From the human T2T-CHM13v2.0 reference genome, Homo sapiens, in assembly GCF_009914755.1 (NCBI RefSeq), contig NC_060942.1: DNA of 64,000 bases; one strand, given 5' to 3'. Numbering within the stretch: the stretch's first letter is position 1; every line of letters begins with the position of its first letter. Below, one piece after another: positions 61,907 through 64,000 of the stretch. A program made the translations under genes and the position numbers. A model generated the notes under the pieces. That model worked only from the letters and a program-made list of their open reading frames with translations, did not search any database and had not been told where the DNA came from.

Positions 61907-64000
61907 ACTCTGACTGATCCCTCACATCTTCCCCTTTTCTGTTTTTTGCATCAGGTCTTGTTGATTGAAGAGTACATATATGTGCAGCAACGGGTTTGTC
62001 AGGTGTAGCGGCTACAGCTCGTTTTCCAGCTTTGCATCCTAGAATTAGTAAATAACATGAGACAAACATGAGTATAATCAGTAATATTCTTTTCGAATCA
62101 AAGAGTGGTCCCCAGGAGTGGAGGTCTATCCAGGAGAGGATAGACTCTTTTTGCAGTGGCAGTTAAATATTGAGGGGAGTTCAGGGCTGCATTGTCCTTT
62201 TGTATAGAAAACAGGTTTTGTAACTTGTCAGTAGTTATGCCCAAGGTGGGGTGAAGCCAGTTAATATCGCCGAGTAATTTTTGATAATCATTTAAGGTGT
62301 GTAAGTTGTTAGTATTTAATTTAACCTTCTGAGGTCTTACTGACTGGGAAGTTAGTATGTATCCAAGATATTTCCAAGGAGAGGACATCTGTACTTTTTC
62401 AGGTGCTATGATTAAACCTCTTAACTGTGAATTCTTTTTGACAGAGGCATATAGACGCAAAAGTGTTGGCTCTGTTGGGGCTGCCAGTAAGACATCGTCC
62501 ATAAAATGGATGATCTTGCAATTAGGAAATTCTTTTCTACTGGGAATCAAAACCTGATTTCTATGATACACATAGTAGGACTGTTCAGCGTTCCTTGAGG
62601 AGTACTTTCTAATGAAATCGGCAAGCTGGCCTTTCATTATTGATAGCTGGTATTGCAAGCGCAAATTTTTCTCTGTCCTGTTTTGCAAGGGGAATAGTAT
62701 AAAAACAGTCTTTTAAGTCAATAATGACTATAGACCAATCTGGAGGAATCGCCGTGGGGAAGGGAGCCCCTGTTGAAAGGGCCGCATGCGTTGCAAATTA
62801 GCACTGATAGCATGTAGGCCGTGCAAAAATCTCCATTTACTAGACCTTTTGGGAATGATGAAAATGGGCGAATTCCAAGGGCTGTTTGATGGTTCTATAT
62901 GGCTGGCTTTTAATTGTTCCTCAACTAATTCATGGGCTCTTTGTAATTTCTCTCCCTTTAAAGGCTACTGTTCTACCCAAATAGGATTTTGAGAGAGCTA
63001 CATCAGGGGTAGGGGAGGAATAACAACAGTGGCCATTATTAGAAGGGGGTCTGCAGAGTGACCCCCCCATTTGGCTAATAGGTCCCATCCCCAAAGATTA
63101 ACAGGGATGGGCATGATTAGAGGTTGTATAATAACATAAGGACCCCTTCCCTGGAGCATTGCAGCTGTTATGTTTTGCCTGGCCAATTGATTTTGGTTGG
63201 CTTGTTGTCCACACAATTTATCAAATTCTGCTTTCCAGAGGAGGTACTGACTGGCTTCTAAAGTTGTTTTAGCTAATACTGACCAGTCCCATGGGGTTAT
63301 ATGGAAACTGTCTGCCATGGCCTCGATTAATCCTTTCATATATGGGCTAGCGGCTCCGTTTTCTCTAATGCTTTTCCTTATCTCTTTATAAGTGTCAAAA
63401 GTAATGGGTTCATATACCCAATCGCCTTGTTGATCTTGCATCACCGGGCAGGCCAAGAGCTCCCCTTCTAATGCCACTCGCCTAAGACAGGGTCCCATAA
63501 CTGTAGTGTATCCCTTGTCTTTTTTCCAATTTATTTGGGGAGGGGGGCTCCAGAGAAACCTCTGTTTCCTCTTTTATATCTTTACCCAGTAATGGCAGGG
63601 CTGAGGGAGGAGGAGGAGGCAGTAAGGTAGGTGATGCTTCCTCTTCCCTTCCCTTTTTAGGCTCTTCTGTGTAGAGCGGGGCCAAAGCAGCCCTAACTAA
63701 TGCCCATAACATTAAAGATGTTACTGGGACCTGTTGCCCTTGTGCATGATGTTGTTTAAGATTTCTCCACACTTGTTCCCAGAGTTCTAGGTCTAGCGTG
63801 CCTTCTTCTGGGAACCATGGGTTATTGGAAACAACAGTTTGCATTAGGTCCCTTAATTGAACCTGCGAAACTGAGGCTCCACTAGCTTTAAGCAGCTATT
63901 TCAATACTTTTATATACTGTTTCTGTCAAGTGGGTAACTGTTGTCCCATGATGAAACCCTAGCTTGAAAATTTCCCCGAACATGGAAAGCCCGACTGGGC
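61901..64000 (-). mobile_element. Deleted HERV-K (HML-5/HERVK22-like) provirus: gag / pro end / RT / env end / start of 3' LTR
   Basis: gag ATG at 63949 (MGQQLPT*QKQYIKVLK...NPWFPEEGTLDLELWEQV). Protease end PVNLWGWDLL. RT IIHFMDDVLLAA...TLNDYQKLLGDINWL. PPT gaaaaggggaaga is followed by an LTR22-like start tgtgagggatcagtcagagtggtggg. Subfamily assigned from memory. Confidence 0.85.

Overview
Primate (most likely human) genomic DNA. It is AT-rich and dense in repeats (Alu, L1, THE1, MER4, HERV-K/HML-5). The one intact protein-coding gene is DYNAP (C18orf26; + strand, three coding exons at 48313/48391-48447, 52047-52211 and 54921-55253), a type II membrane protein with a CLLAC transmembrane motif and a short Ser/Thr-rich tail. 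The main structure the ORF track does not show is that the window is a decayed head-to-tail tandem array of DYNAP-like gene units. Pseudogene A (exon 2 at 20177-20334, exon 3 at 24084-24794) carries a long mucin-like stalk. Pseudogene B (TATA plus exon 1 at 35601-35728) is joined by a deletion to a mucin remnant at about 37360-37740. The 3' flank of a probable fourth copy is at 1-830. DYNAP's own 3' UTR still holds a fossil mucin-stalk reading frame that continues in register across an inserted MER4-group LTR. This suggests the ancestral family encoded long type II transmembrane mucins and that the surviving gene is truncated. Other notable items are a conserved TATA box that argues for the Met27 start, a candidate upstream alternative exon, a 47-bp inverted repeat bracketing exon 1, a provirus inserted into another element's TSD, a templated 215-bp insertion, and a scrambled HML-5/L1 chimera. 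All alignments were made by eye. Repeat subfamily names come from recalled consensus sequences and are approximate.
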